Assembly (NCBI GenBank): GCA_964655075.1
Contig: CAZZLD010000002.1
Span: 99,140 to 163,139, forward strand
Source of the DNA: an uncultured Candidatus Bathyarchaeia archaeon
Lineage (GTDB): Archaea; Thermoproteota; Bathyarchaeia; Bathyarchaeales; Bathyarchaeaceae
DNA: 64,000 nucleotides
Direction: 5' to 3'
Part shown: positions 36,908 to 45,190 of the stretch, piece after piece
Position numbering within the stretch: position 1 is the stretch's first letter
Layout: every line of letters starts with the position of its first letter
Notes under the pieces: generated by a model
Seen by the model: the letters and a program-made list of their open reading frames with translations, nothing else
What the model was told of the DNA's origin: nothing
Databases searched by the model: none
Made by a program: the position numbers and the translations under genes

Positions 36908-37555
36908 TTAGTTGTTGATGAGGCTCCATGTGGCTGCTAACGCTCCTTCTTCAGCCTTGCGAGGTGTATCTGCGCTTCCGATAACAACCGCGTCGTTTTC
37001 TTCAGGCTTCAGCTCGGTTATTTGGTTGTAGGCTGTTGGAAAGTCAGCGGCAATGTCTTCGCTCACCCCGGGCAGAACCAACTTGCGGTTTTTGAAAACA
37101 AGCGTTGTGGCTCCCTTCGCTCCAACCATTATAGCAGCGTCCCGCTGCGCCATGCCTGAACCCACTTTTTGCCCGCGACCCTTAACCAGTATGGCGACGT
37201 TGTAGGCGGCAACCGTCAGTTCGCTTTTTTTAAGGGCAGTCTTCCGCGGAAAAACTGCGTGCAGTTCACTCCAGATTTCCCCGCCTTTCTTCGTCAGTGA
37301 GCATCCCGGCTTAGACGTCGTTATTAACCTAGCGGTCTTCAACCGGTTGATCAAAGTCCGCGTTGCGCCTTCGCCGATGTTTAACTCCTCAGAAAGCTTT
37401 CCACGGCCAATCGGGCCCTTAACGGCCATGAGCTCCAGTGTTTTTATAACGTGAACAACTGAAAAGGACGGATAAGGCCCAGGAGCCTTTTCCTCTAACA
37501 GTCGTTCTAAGAGGTTCTTCATCGTCACAGGTTCCCAATAAACATTATATGCCAA
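36908..37555 (-). CDS. Putative transcriptional regulator: N-terminal wHTH plus ~120-aa C-terminal domain
   Basis: 215 aa. GPIGRGKLSEELNIGEGATRTLINRLKTARLITT is HTH-like. It resembles archaeal DUF4443-type proteins from memory only. Confidence 0.5.
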   Translation of the reverse strand: MAYNVYWEPVTMKNLLERLLEEKAPGPYPSFSVVHVIKTLELMAVKGPIGRGKLSEELNIGEGATRTLINRLKTARLITTSKPGCSLTKKGGEIWSELHAVFPRKTALKKSELTVAAYNVAILVKGRGQKVGSGMAQRDAAIMVGAKGATTLVFKNRKLVLPGVSEDIAADFPTAYNQITELKPEENDAVVIGSADTPRKAEEGALAATWSLINN

Positions 37556-37592
37556 ACACGGCTTTTAACGAATTTATCTAATGGAAGAAAGG

Positions 37593-37601
37593 TTATTAAA
37601 A
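37593..37601 (+). promoter_or_regulatory. Candidate TATA box (ttattaaaa) for the tRNA gene
   Basis: AT-rich octamer preceded by purine-rich gaaagg (BRE-like), 37-45 nt upstream of tRNA position 1. This would imply a short 5' leader. Confidence 0.35.
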
Positions 37602-37637
37602 GCTTGTTGACTAAACCTTACCGACAGATTTGAAAAA

Positions 37638-37742
37638 GGGCCCGTAGCTCAGTAAGGAAGAGCATCGGACACGCGATGAGAACATCCGTGGGTGAAGCTT
37701 TTAACCCGGTGGTCGGGGGTTCAAATCCCCCTGGGCCCGCCA
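37638..37742 (+). tRNA. tRNA-Lys(UUU) with a 28-nt intron (37669-37696) at a non-canonical position in the anticodon stem; CCA encoded
   Basis: Hand fold: GGGCCCG-TA-GCTC-AGTAAGGAA-GAGC-A-TCGG[intron]G-CTTTTAA-CCCGG-TGGTC-GGGGG-TTCAAAT-CCCCC-TGGGCCC-G-CCA. All stems pair and the mature length is 74+CCA. The exon sequence closely resembles typical archaeal tRNA-Lys. Confidence 0.8.
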
Positions 37743-37842
37743 AAGTGGATAGGCTCAAATACCGTTTTAAAATATCGGGGTTTAAGTTTGACATTGATTT
37801 ATTTTTGAAAAATATTAGAAAAAAGGATGTTTAAATTAGGTT

Positions 37843-38541
37843 TTAATGGTTTTTGGCTTTCTTTTTATAGATTACGGCTGCAAGCAACATTGTTATCATG
37901 AACAGTGGTAGGATGATCCATGATGAAAACTCTGGGATTGATTCGCAGTCGAAGATGTTGGTGTCAATAATGCTGTATGAGTTTGTGTAGGTTACTGCTG
38001 GTTCAATTATGGTTATCTCCATTTCCATTCCCAGCTGCATTCCAGAAGCCTTATCATATATGTACGTGGCTCTAATATTCTGACCTGCATAGGAGCTGGT
38101 GAAGTTGAGGATGTTGACGCTTCTGCTGGCACCTAGAATCGTTCTGGTCTCTGTTTTGTTGATTGTGTCCGACACTGCTAAGTTGAGTATTTTGTCGCCT
38201 TGGTTCAGGTTTGCTGCTATGATGTACCGTTGAAATCCGTCAATCATGCAAGTTTCAATATTACATGTCAAATCTTCGCTTGGAATAGCAGTGCCATTCA
38301 TGTACGCTCCAGTTATACGCAGAGTGATTTCCTTTCCGGAAACTCCAACCACCTCTATCATGCTCCAGTCCGGGCTGATTACTGTCTCTGCTGGAGTGGT
38401 CACCACGTAATTGCCGTATTTCACCCATTGCCCCACTGAAACGCCAGGATTATATTCTGTAGCCCATACAGGAGCAACGGAAGTTGCCATGAGAAGAACA
38501 CAAACCAGAGGAAGAGCAATTTTTAACCTTGAACTTATCAT
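37843..38541 (-). CDS. Secreted protein with PEF-CTERM-type archaeosortase sorting signal
   Basis: 232 aa. N-terminal signal peptide (LKIALPLVCVLLMATSVAPVWA). C-terminus ..SIPEFSSWIILPLFMITMLLAAVIYKKKAKNH is a PEF motif, TM helix and basic tail. Confidence 0.65.
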   Translation of the reverse strand: MISSRLKIALPLVCVLLMATSVAPVWATEYNPGVSVGQWVKYGNYVVTTPAETVISPDWSMIEVVGVSGKEITLRITGAYMNGTAIPSEDLTCNIETCMIDGFQRYIIAANLNQGDKILNLAVSDTINKTETRTILGASRSVNILNFTSSYAGQNIRATYIYDKASGMQLGMEMEITIIEPAVTYTNSYSIIDTNIFDCESIPEFSSWIILPLFMITMLLAAVIYKKKAKNH

Positions 38542-38577
38542 ATTCTAGTTTTCCCTCCTGTTCCTGTTTTATTACCT

Positions 38578-39330
38578 CTAGAACTTTTTACCAAACTGAA
38601 AGCCGCCCTTGTTGCTTCTTTCATCAGCAACCCTTCTGGCGGTGTCTTCTACCCTCTGGTGCAGCAGTTCCCAGAGCCAATCAGTGAATTCTCGCAAATT
38701 CTTGGTTTGAACCCAAACTTCTCCAGGTCCATAAACTTCGGTAACTAATCTCTCTCCTCCCAGTATGGTAGATTTTAGTCCCCCGAACTTCTTGACATCG
38801 TATTTACAGGTGTCGTCGAAAGCTACCAGATGATAATTATCTACGATCAGTGATTCGCCGCCTTTGAGGCTGTGATGATCCATGGCTCCGAAGGCGTTTA
38901 CGAACATTTGGCCCTCTCCAGAAACTTTGAGCATAAATAGGCTTTGTCCAAAGAGACCCTTCTTGAATCCTTGCCATTCCGTGTCCAAGTGAACATCCTT
39001 TGTGGAAGCTACATAGGCAGACTTTTGAAGAATGAGGCCCTTCCCAGATTTTACTTCAAAGGGTCGTATGTCTCCTACAGGTGCTGGAACGAAGCCGACC
39101 TTGCCTGAGCCTTTCTCTGCAACGTATTCGTTGACGAAGAAGGATTCTGCACCCAGGAGGGTTGTCTTAATACTCTTCCATAGGCTTTTTTCCTCCCTCT
39201 TCCGCGTTTTAATGTTTATGTGGGGTGTCATGTAAACCATGGCACCAGCTTCCGCTACAATGACTTCGTTAGGTTCTAAACTGACATCCAACAGCGAATA
39301 AGCTGGACTGTACTTAATCTCATACTCCAT
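38578..39330 (-). CDS. AIM24 / TIGR00266 (DUF124) family protein
   Basis: YEIKYSPAYSLLDVSLEPNEVIVAEAGAMVYM.. is the characteristic N-terminus of this family. Start moved from 39378 to ATG 39330 (MEYEIK), which has GGAGG 8 nt upstream. Confidence 0.65.
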   Translation of the reverse strand: MEYEIKYSPAYSLLDVSLEPNEVIVAEAGAMVYMTPHINIKTRKREEKSLWKSIKTTLLGAESFFVNEYVAEKGSGKVGFVPAPVGDIRPFEVKSGKGLILQKSAYVASTKDVHLDTEWQGFKKGLFGQSLFMLKVSGEGQMFVNAFGAMDHHSLKGGESLIVDNYHLVAFDDTCKYDVKKFGGLKSTILGGERLVTEVYGPGEVWVQTKNLREFTDWLWELLHQRVEDTARRVADERSNKGGFQFGKKF

Positions 39331-39392
39331 TTCTTTTTCCTCCTTTTTCATTACTGCTTGTGCAGCAAAAACATCCATAAATGATCTCTAAT

Positions 39393-39423
39393 TTAAGCGA
39401 CGCTCACGATAAGTGAGTATAGT
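39393..39423. repeat. Left copy of a 26-bp perfect (31 bp with 1 mismatch) inverted repeat
   Basis: ttaagcgacgctcacgataagtgagt(atagt) is the reverse complement of 40594-40619 (with 40589-40593). It contains the internal palindrome ctcac-ttatc-gtgag. Confidence 0.95.
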
Positions 39424-39581
39424 TTTGCGGAAGAATTAAGATAGACAACAAAAGTTGATTCAAAATGGGCAATTCACTGTAATTGCGCGTTTATCTGGGC
39501 TTTTGCGAGCTGAAGCCTGACAGAAAACCCTCTTCAACCAAATGGCTAATTTTTTGTGGTATATGCCAAAATAATTTTGTC

Positions 39582-39860
39582 CTATCGATAAGTTAAGCCC
39601 ATACGCTTCATGAAATCGAGAACTGTCTCGTATTCCATAAGGTATTGCTTACCTTTTTCCGTCAATTTCAGGGAGGGCTCATCTTGGATCAAACCTAGTT
39701 CTTTGAGTTCAACGATGTAAGTTTTTAGACGGTCAAAAGGAACGTTTGTTTTCAGCTGAACACGAGTGAGAACAACCTTCTCTTTCTTCGTTTCGCTGTA
39801 AAGAATGAAAAGCAAGTCCCCATAAATCTTTAATTTATCTCTACGTGGGAGCTTCCTCAT
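39582..39860 (-). CDS. Small winged-helix DNA-binding protein (HTH_45-like archaeal regulator)
   Basis: 92 aa. RRDKLKIYGDLLFIL....VVLTRVQLKTNVPFDRLKTYIVELKELGLIQDE..LKLTEKGKQYL fits the wHTH pattern of small archaeal regulators. Confidence 0.6.
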   Translation of the reverse strand: MRKLPRRDKLKIYGDLLFILYSETKKEKVVLTRVQLKTNVPFDRLKTYIVELKELGLIQDEPSLKLTEKGKQYLMEYETVLDFMKRMGLTYR

Positions 39861-40546
39861 CCCGAATCCCTTCTTTTGGGGGACGCCGCACGCGTACCAT
39901 AGAAAGATTGGTAGGCCACAAATAGAAAAACCACTAATCCTGATAGCCTAAGCAAATGTGCACCCACATATGCCGAGAAGCTTGAATCAAGCGACCAAAT
40001 TAATGAAGAGTATTGACTGAAACTAAGCAATAGATAGCTGAGAGGAATCCATATTGTTTTAGGATCAGGTCTTGACGCATGACTTCTTAATGTGTGAATG
40101 GAAATGTATGCGAGACAGATTATGTTGAAGACTCTGAAGTATTCGTCCACTGTTTTGTAGCTGGGCAACCCAAACATCGGAGGTTCAAACACGATCAAGT
40201 ATGAAACGATTGCAGCAAAAATTAACCCTGTAAAGGTGATTTTCCACCGCAAACGTACGTGTTCAGATACTTTCTTAGAAAAATAATACGTAACAGCAAG
40301 AAAAGCAAATGCGTATGCTTGTGTAAAAAGCTGTAGCCATTTCAGTTCTTCAACAAAAAGAGGGCCCTTAAAAAATAAGGCGAGCCCCATGAAAATGTAT
40401 GACATGCCTAAAAAAGCAAATCCAAGAGGTAAACCGATGTATAGGCTCTCACCCATATATTGATATGGCTTCATCATAAATCTAACTAGGGTGAAGCAGA
40501 GTACTGCTGAAACAACTTCAACCAAGATCAAAGCAAGATTGTTCAT
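39857..40546 (-). CDS. Hypothetical polytopic membrane protein (~7 TM), translationally coupled to the wHTH gene
   Basis: 229 aa, seven hydrophobic segments. Its stop overlaps the downstream wHTH start (ATGA-type 4-nt overlap at 39857-39860). Confidence 0.55.
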   Translation of the reverse strand: MNNLALILVEVVSAVLCFTLVRFMMKPYQYMGESLYIGLPLGFAFLGMSYIFMGLALFFKGPLFVEELKWLQLFTQAYAFAFLAVTYYFSKKVSEHVRLRWKITFTGLIFAAIVSYLIVFEPPMFGLPSYKTVDEYFRVFNIICLAYISIHTLRSHASRPDPKTIWIPLSYLLLSFSQYSSLIWSLDSSFSAYVGAHLLRLSGLVVFLFVAYQSFYGTRAASPKRRDSG

Positions 40547-40588
40547 ATCTTTAATTAACTTTCCATAGTTTATTTTCTTTTCTGCAGG

Positions 40589-40619
40589 ACTACACTCACT
40601 TATCGTGAGCGTCGCTTAA
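40589..40619. repeat. Right copy of the inverted repeat
   Basis: (actac)actcacttatcgtgagcgtcgcttaa; see 39393-39423. Confidence 0.95.
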
Positions 40620-40682
40620 GTATGCGGCGCATTTTGAGGAATATCAAACTACGTGGAAGTAGTAAAAAGGAGGGAAGTAAAA

Positions 40683-41483
40683 ATGAAAAAGACACAAATG
40701 CTCATTCCAATGTTGGCTATTCTAATGCTCATTTCAGCCGTAACACCAGTGCTATCGACCAAAAATGAGAATGAGAATAATCCCGCCGTGAAGTTTGCTA
40801 ATAAACCAGTATTGAAAATCGAGTATGCTTTGCAAGGCTACATTATAGATGTGGACAGAGGATTCTCTGGACCCATGTCATTGACTGTTAGCGGAAAGAT
40901 TGTAGGCTCCCCAGACTATAAAGGCGAGTATTCTTTTGACTATCCAACATCCTACACAGAGGGAGGTTCATACGAATACGATTATTACGAAGATGATACT
41001 CATTATATGTACAGCTATTACGAGGCATATTCTTTTGACGGATGGGAAAGCGGAGTTGTACAAACAACGAAGTGGTACAGCCCACAACCCAAGTTCAACG
41101 GTGGAATAGATGTCGCATGGTTTGATGGCTCCACTGCGATGTTTAAAACCGACCTAACACTGAGTATGGTAGAGAAAAGTTTCAGGGAAGGAACCGCTGA
41201 AGGAAATTATACACGCGTTGTTAAGGAAATCATCTACGTTGAAAATAATGTAGGCGAATGGGTTGAATATGAAGTGCTTCAAGACATAAATGAATCTGGG
41301 TATTCCTCCACGACCTATTCCGATTTGACGCTTTACATCACATTTGTCGGGAAAATGCAAGTCAAGGGTAGACCGGCTTTTGTGGGAACGCTGGAACTTT
41401 GGGATGTTACGTCCACGCGGTTTGGTCAGTACGTAACGGGTTCGGGCAGATTTGGCCCTTATGACCTCAACATCCACACGTAA
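40683..41483 (+). CDS. Secreted hypothetical protein, Tyr/Glu-rich
   Basis: Start moved from 40653 to ATG 40683 (MKKTQMLIPMLAILMLISAVTPVLS signal peptide), which has GGAGGG 8 nt upstream. No family recognised. Confidence 0.55.
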   Translation: MKKTQMLIPMLAILMLISAVTPVLSTKNENENNPAVKFANKPVLKIEYALQGYIIDVDRGFSGPMSLTVSGKIVGSPDYKGEYSFDYPTSYTEGGSYEYDYYEDDTHYMYSYYEAYSFDGWESGVVQTTKWYSPQPKFNGGIDVAWFDGSTAMFKTDLTLSMVEKSFREGTAEGNYTRVVKEIIYVENNVGEWVEYEVLQDINESGYSSTTYSDLTLYITFVGKMQVKGRPAFVGTLELWDVTSTRFGQYVTGSGRFGPYDLNIHT

Positions 41484-41512
41484 GACTGCTAAAAAAGCCC
41501 ACTAAGCTCCCA

Positions 41513-41527
41513 TTTTTTCCTTTTTTT
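41513..41527. terminator. Oligo-T tracts (T6, T7) between convergent genes
   Basis: cattttttcctttttttaaaaaaa lies 30 nt after the stop at 41483. The A7 that follows gives a T-run for the opposite strand as well. Confidence 0.35.
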
Positions 41528-41722
41528 AAAAAAAGCTAGGTGCAGAGGATGTGATTTAAATCTATCTAGGCCCGCCACAACTAACCCCGGCTCTTTTTAA
41601 CACTTTCGCTTTCTGAAAAGTTTTAAGCCATCCATATTTTGGATAGAATCATAACCAACTTCAAGGATGTTGTTGCCGTTCTTGGGTCCTCAGCTTTCTT
41701 TAACGTGCAAAATGCACGCGGA

Positions 41723-43102
41723 TTAAACCGCGACTAGCACTGTAAGATCATTCACGTTAGTTCCCGTTGGGCCAGTTATGACTAAATCCTTCAAACGTTT
41801 GAAGAATCGATAGGAGTCGTTATCGTCAAGGAAACTGAAAGAATTAAGGCTCATCTCGCGAGCACGAAGGACAGTTTTCCCGTCAGCGATAGCGCCCGCA
41901 GCATCTGTAGGGCCATCTACGCCGTCGGTTCCGATTGAAATGACGGCAACTCCATCTAACCCGCTGATTTTCATCGACGCGCCCAAAACAAGTTCCTGAT
42001 TGCGCCCTCCCTTTCCCGCCCCCTTAACGGTAACCGTAGTTTCTCCTCCAGCGATTATAGCCGCGGGCCTCGGTACAGGATTATCCGATTCTCGTACTTC
42101 CCGAACAATAGCCCCCAGAGCAGTTCCAACGTGTCGTGCTTCCCCTTCGAGGCAAGATGATAAAAAGAGAGCGTTATATCCCAACTCCTTCGCCTTTTCG
42201 TAACATGCTTTGGTGGCTATTCGATTGTTTCTAATGATCACGTTGTTAACCTTCTGGAATATTCGATCTCCAACTTTAGGGGTTTCAGGGAGATTTCCTC
42301 TTGCTCCCATCTGAAAATGCAGATGCACATTTCCCGGAATCGTAGCCCACAAATTGTATCTTCTAAGGATTCGGATCACTTCCTGATAAGTTGTAGGATC
42401 AGGAGCCGTTGGACCAGACGCTATAACATCAAGCGGATCGCCAATCACATCTGAAATGATTAAGGAAACGACTTCTGAAGAGTTTACATACCTCAAAAAC
42501 TGACCGCCTTTTATGGCAGATAAATGCTTTCTTACAGCATTGACCTCATTAATTGTGGCCCCTGACCTTAACAACGCGTCTGTAACGTTTTGCACGTCTT
42601 CAAGCGATACTCCATCCGCAGGATAAGGCAATAAAGCCGAGCCTCCTCCAGATATAAGGAAAAAAATCAATCCTCTCTTGCCTACTGATTTAGCAACCTC
42701 AAACATGAACTTGACCCCTTTTAACCCGTTTTCGTCTGGAATAGGGTGCCCAGCCTCGTTGAGTTCTATATTTTTAGTTTTGACGTTTCGGCTGGTTCCT
42801 TTTAAAACATTGACAACTCCAGTTGCAGGATGTTCACCGAGAATTTCTTCTAATGCCTCAGCCATGGCTCCACTAGCTTTTCCGCCTCCAACGACTGCGA
42901 TGCGTTCAAACTCATCCAATTTGTATTTTCTTCCCTGTATGACAAGCGTATTACCTACTCGCTTAACATTGTCTCTAACAGCTTTATGAGGGTCTGCTGC
43001 TTCAAGTCCACTTTTGATTATCCCGAGGGCAACCGCTCTCGCGGTGGAATCGGCTTCTGAAGTCGAATTATGAAGAAGCTCTCTTTCATTTCGTATTTTC
43101 AT
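41723..43102 (-). CDS. Glycerate 2-kinase / hydroxypyruvate reductase-like (DUF4147 + MOFRL family)
   Basis: 459 aa. GGGKASGAMA, LISGGGSALL, RKHLSAIKGG, AGGETTVTVKGAGKGGRNQE, GTDGVDGPTDAAGA, TGPTGTNVNDL. Confidence 0.85.
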   Translation of the reverse strand: MKIRNERELLHNSTSEADSTARAVALGIIKSGLEAADPHKAVRDNVKRVGNTLVIQGRKYKLDEFERIAVVGGGKASGAMAEALEEILGEHPATGVVNVLKGTSRNVKTKNIELNEAGHPIPDENGLKGVKFMFEVAKSVGKRGLIFFLISGGGSALLPYPADGVSLEDVQNVTDALLRSGATINEVNAVRKHLSAIKGGQFLRYVNSSEVVSLIISDVIGDPLDVIASGPTAPDPTTYQEVIRILRRYNLWATIPGNVHLHFQMGARGNLPETPKVGDRIFQKVNNVIIRNNRIATKACYEKAKELGYNALFLSSCLEGEARHVGTALGAIVREVRESDNPVPRPAAIIAGGETTVTVKGAGKGGRNQELVLGASMKISGLDGVAVISIGTDGVDGPTDAAGAIADGKTVLRAREMSLNSFSFLDDNDSYRFFKRLKDLVITGPTGTNVNDLTVLVAV

Positions 43103-43148
43103 TATTGCTTCCTTCTTTCTTCAGAGCTTGGACATTTCGAGTATGCAC

Positions 43149-44327
43149 CTAGACTATCAAAGAAAATAATGTTCCAATCAGGTAGGTTATCGTCGCAGCG
43201 GAGGCTCCTATAATCATCATCTCCAGTCCGCTCCGAACCCAATTTTTTCTCGAAAAAATTGTTTTCATGGCTCCTACTCCGAACAGGGCGGCTACAGTGG
43301 CAATTATGGAGGCTATTAGGGCGTCTGTGCAGCTTAAAGCTCCAAAGGCGAAGGGCAGTATCGGCACCAGAGCCGCAAGGCCAAAGAATATTCCACACAA
43401 AACACCAGCCTTAACTGGGTTCCCAAGCTCTTCAGGCGCGAGACCCACCTCTTCAAGGGTGCCTGCTTGTATAGGCAGCTCTTTTTCCTCAGCGATCCTG
43501 TTGACGATGGCTTCGGCTTCTTCTCTCTTAAAGCCTTCTGCCTGATAGAACTTTATCAGCTCCTCCCTTTCCTCTTCAGGGGTCCTCCCCTTCTTGACTT
43601 TTTCTCTCTGGCTTTCTCTCTCCAGCACCTCCAGTTCAGACTTGGCTGATTGGTAGGAGCCAGCGGCCATGGATATGGTTCCGGCAAAGAGTTCTGCTAT
43701 CCCTGATAATAGAACGATGTAGGGATCTGTGATGGCTCCCACTACTCCAGCCACGAAGGCAAGGGTTGAGACCAGTCCGTCGTTGGCCCCAAAGATCATG
43801 TCCCTGACTCCTCCGCCGCCTCGTATCTCCCATGCTTCCATTCCAAGCACTTCGCTCTTCATTCTTTCCAGATGTATCCTTTCGTCAGAGGCAAATCTGC
43901 TCCAGGTCTCGGAAGTGGCTGTGTCCTTGATCTTTTCGGCTTGAATGGCTAAATCTTGGATGCCCTCTTCCTCGCCCAGCACGGCCCACTCGAAGAATCC
44001 CTTTGTGCCCAGGATGCGCATCATGAATCCCGTCTTCTGGTTTCTGAGGAAGGCTCTCGTTGCCCCTTCGCGTTCGCCCCCTAACTCCTCGATTTTGTTA
44101 GACCAGAATTCGGCGTGCTTCGTCTCGTCAGAGCTGATCCGTATCAAAAGTTGCTTAATCCTTTCGTCCTTAGCCCTTTTAACGAGTATCTTGTACCCTT
44201 TGGTTTGCATGATCTTATGGGCATAGATTTTGTTGGCTGCGTTGAGAATCCCTTTCCTTTCCTCGTCTTTAAGTTCAGTCATAAGCATCCGCTCCACATA
44301 AATTGTCTGAAAGATATTTAAAAACAC
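43149..44327 (-). CDS. Erythrin-VIT1 (MbfA-like) iron exporter: ferritin-like N-domain fused to a VIT1/CCC1 membrane domain
   Basis: ExxH di-iron motifs (DETKHAEFW, SDERIHLERM). VIT1 signature DMIFGANDGLVSTLAFVAGV plus C-terminal TM helices. The start may be an internal Met. Confidence 0.8.
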   Translation of the reverse strand: MFLNIFQTIYVERMLMTELKDEERKGILNAANKIYAHKIMQTKGYKILVKRAKDERIKQLLIRISSDETKHAEFWSNKIEELGGEREGATRAFLRNQKTGFMMRILGTKGFFEWAVLGEEEGIQDLAIQAEKIKDTATSETWSRFASDERIHLERMKSEVLGMEAWEIRGGGGVRDMIFGANDGLVSTLAFVAGVVGAITDPYIVLLSGIAELFAGTISMAAGSYQSAKSELEVLERESQREKVKKGRTPEEEREELIKFYQAEGFKREEAEAIVNRIAEEKELPIQAGTLEEVGLAPEELGNPVKAGVLCGIFFGLAALVPILPFAFGALSCTDALIASIIATVAALFGVGAMKTIFSRKNWVRSGLEMMIIGASAATITYLIGTLFSLIV

Positions 44328-44351
44328 TAACTGTGAATATAATAAAACTGT

Positions 44352-45110
44352 TTGAAGGTGTTTGACTTGGCAGCTGAATATGTTTCGATGGGGATTCCCG
44401 GCGTTGACGAGGTCCTTGCGGGAAAGGGGATTCCGAGGGGTAGCACGATTTTGGTGAGTGGTGGACCAGGCAGCGGAAAAACGACTTTCGCTATTCAGTT
44501 TCTTTACACGGGAGCGACTCAGCGTGGTGAATCGGGCGTTTATGTTACTCTTGATGAAGACCCGGGCGACATAAAGGCTAACATGGCTGAGTTTGGGTGG
44601 GACCTAAAGAAACTGGAGGACGAGAAGAAGCTTGTGTTTATCAACGTTTCGCCGGTTCGTGTTGCGCCTTCTGAGAAGGCCGGCCTCATCCAGATTGGGA
44701 TGAAGGAGTTCAGGCTGGTAAAGTTGCTGGAAGCCATCAGGGAGGGTATCGATGAAGTCGATGCGAAAAGGGTGATCGTTGATCCCCTGACGATCTTCAC
44801 TCTTCAATATCCGGACGAGATCGAGCGCATATATGCCATGAGGGACCTGATGAGGGACTTGAGAAAGAGGGACTCTACGAACTTGTTGATTTCCGAGTTG
44901 AGGGGCACGGGGCTGGAGAGGGAGCATCAGTTTGAGGAGTATTTAGCTCAGGGGGTTATTCTGCTTCGCACGTTTCTGAAGGACAGCAAGTTGGTTCGGG
45001 TGTTTCAGGTGGAGAAGATGCGTGGGTTAGCCATAGACAACCAGCCGCGACCATACACTATAACGGGTAAAGGCATAGAAGTGTTTCCGAAGGCCATGGT
45101 TTACAAGTGA
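44352..45110 (+). CDS. Single-domain KaiC/RadA-like (RecA superfamily) ATPase
   Basis: 252 aa. GIPGVDEVLAGKGIPRGSTILVSGGPGSGKTTFAIQFL (Walker A), VIVDPLT (Walker B), VEKMRG..., FTI-type ending ITGKGIEVF. Confidence 0.8.
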   Translation: MKVFDLAAEYVSMGIPGVDEVLAGKGIPRGSTILVSGGPGSGKTTFAIQFLYTGATQRGESGVYVTLDEDPGDIKANMAEFGWDLKKLEDEKKLVFINVSPVRVAPSEKAGLIQIGMKEFRLVKLLEAIREGIDEVDAKRVIVDPLTIFTLQYPDEIERIYAMRDLMRDLRKRDSTNLLISELRGTGLEREHQFEEYLAQGVILLRTFLKDSKLVRVFQVEKMRGLAIDNQPRPYTITGKGIEVFPKAMVYK

Positions 45111-45190
45111 GCCTTCAACTCTAGACTCGTCAGAGGACTACCGATAAACTAAAAAAGCTACGTAAGTTAGTCTTAACCGGTCGATTGTTG

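Noticed and set aside
39393-40619. Inverted repeats as the termini of an IS or transposon
   Set aside because: No transposase or integrase lies between them. Equal spacing (62/63 nt) to the outward genes' start codons and shared SD context favour a duplicated promoter/operator. Kept as an alternative in the finding.
43149-44327. Ferritin-like plus VIT1 fusion as a novelty
   Set aside because: This architecture corresponds to the described erythrin-VIT1 / MbfA-type iron exporters, so it is annotated but not flagged.
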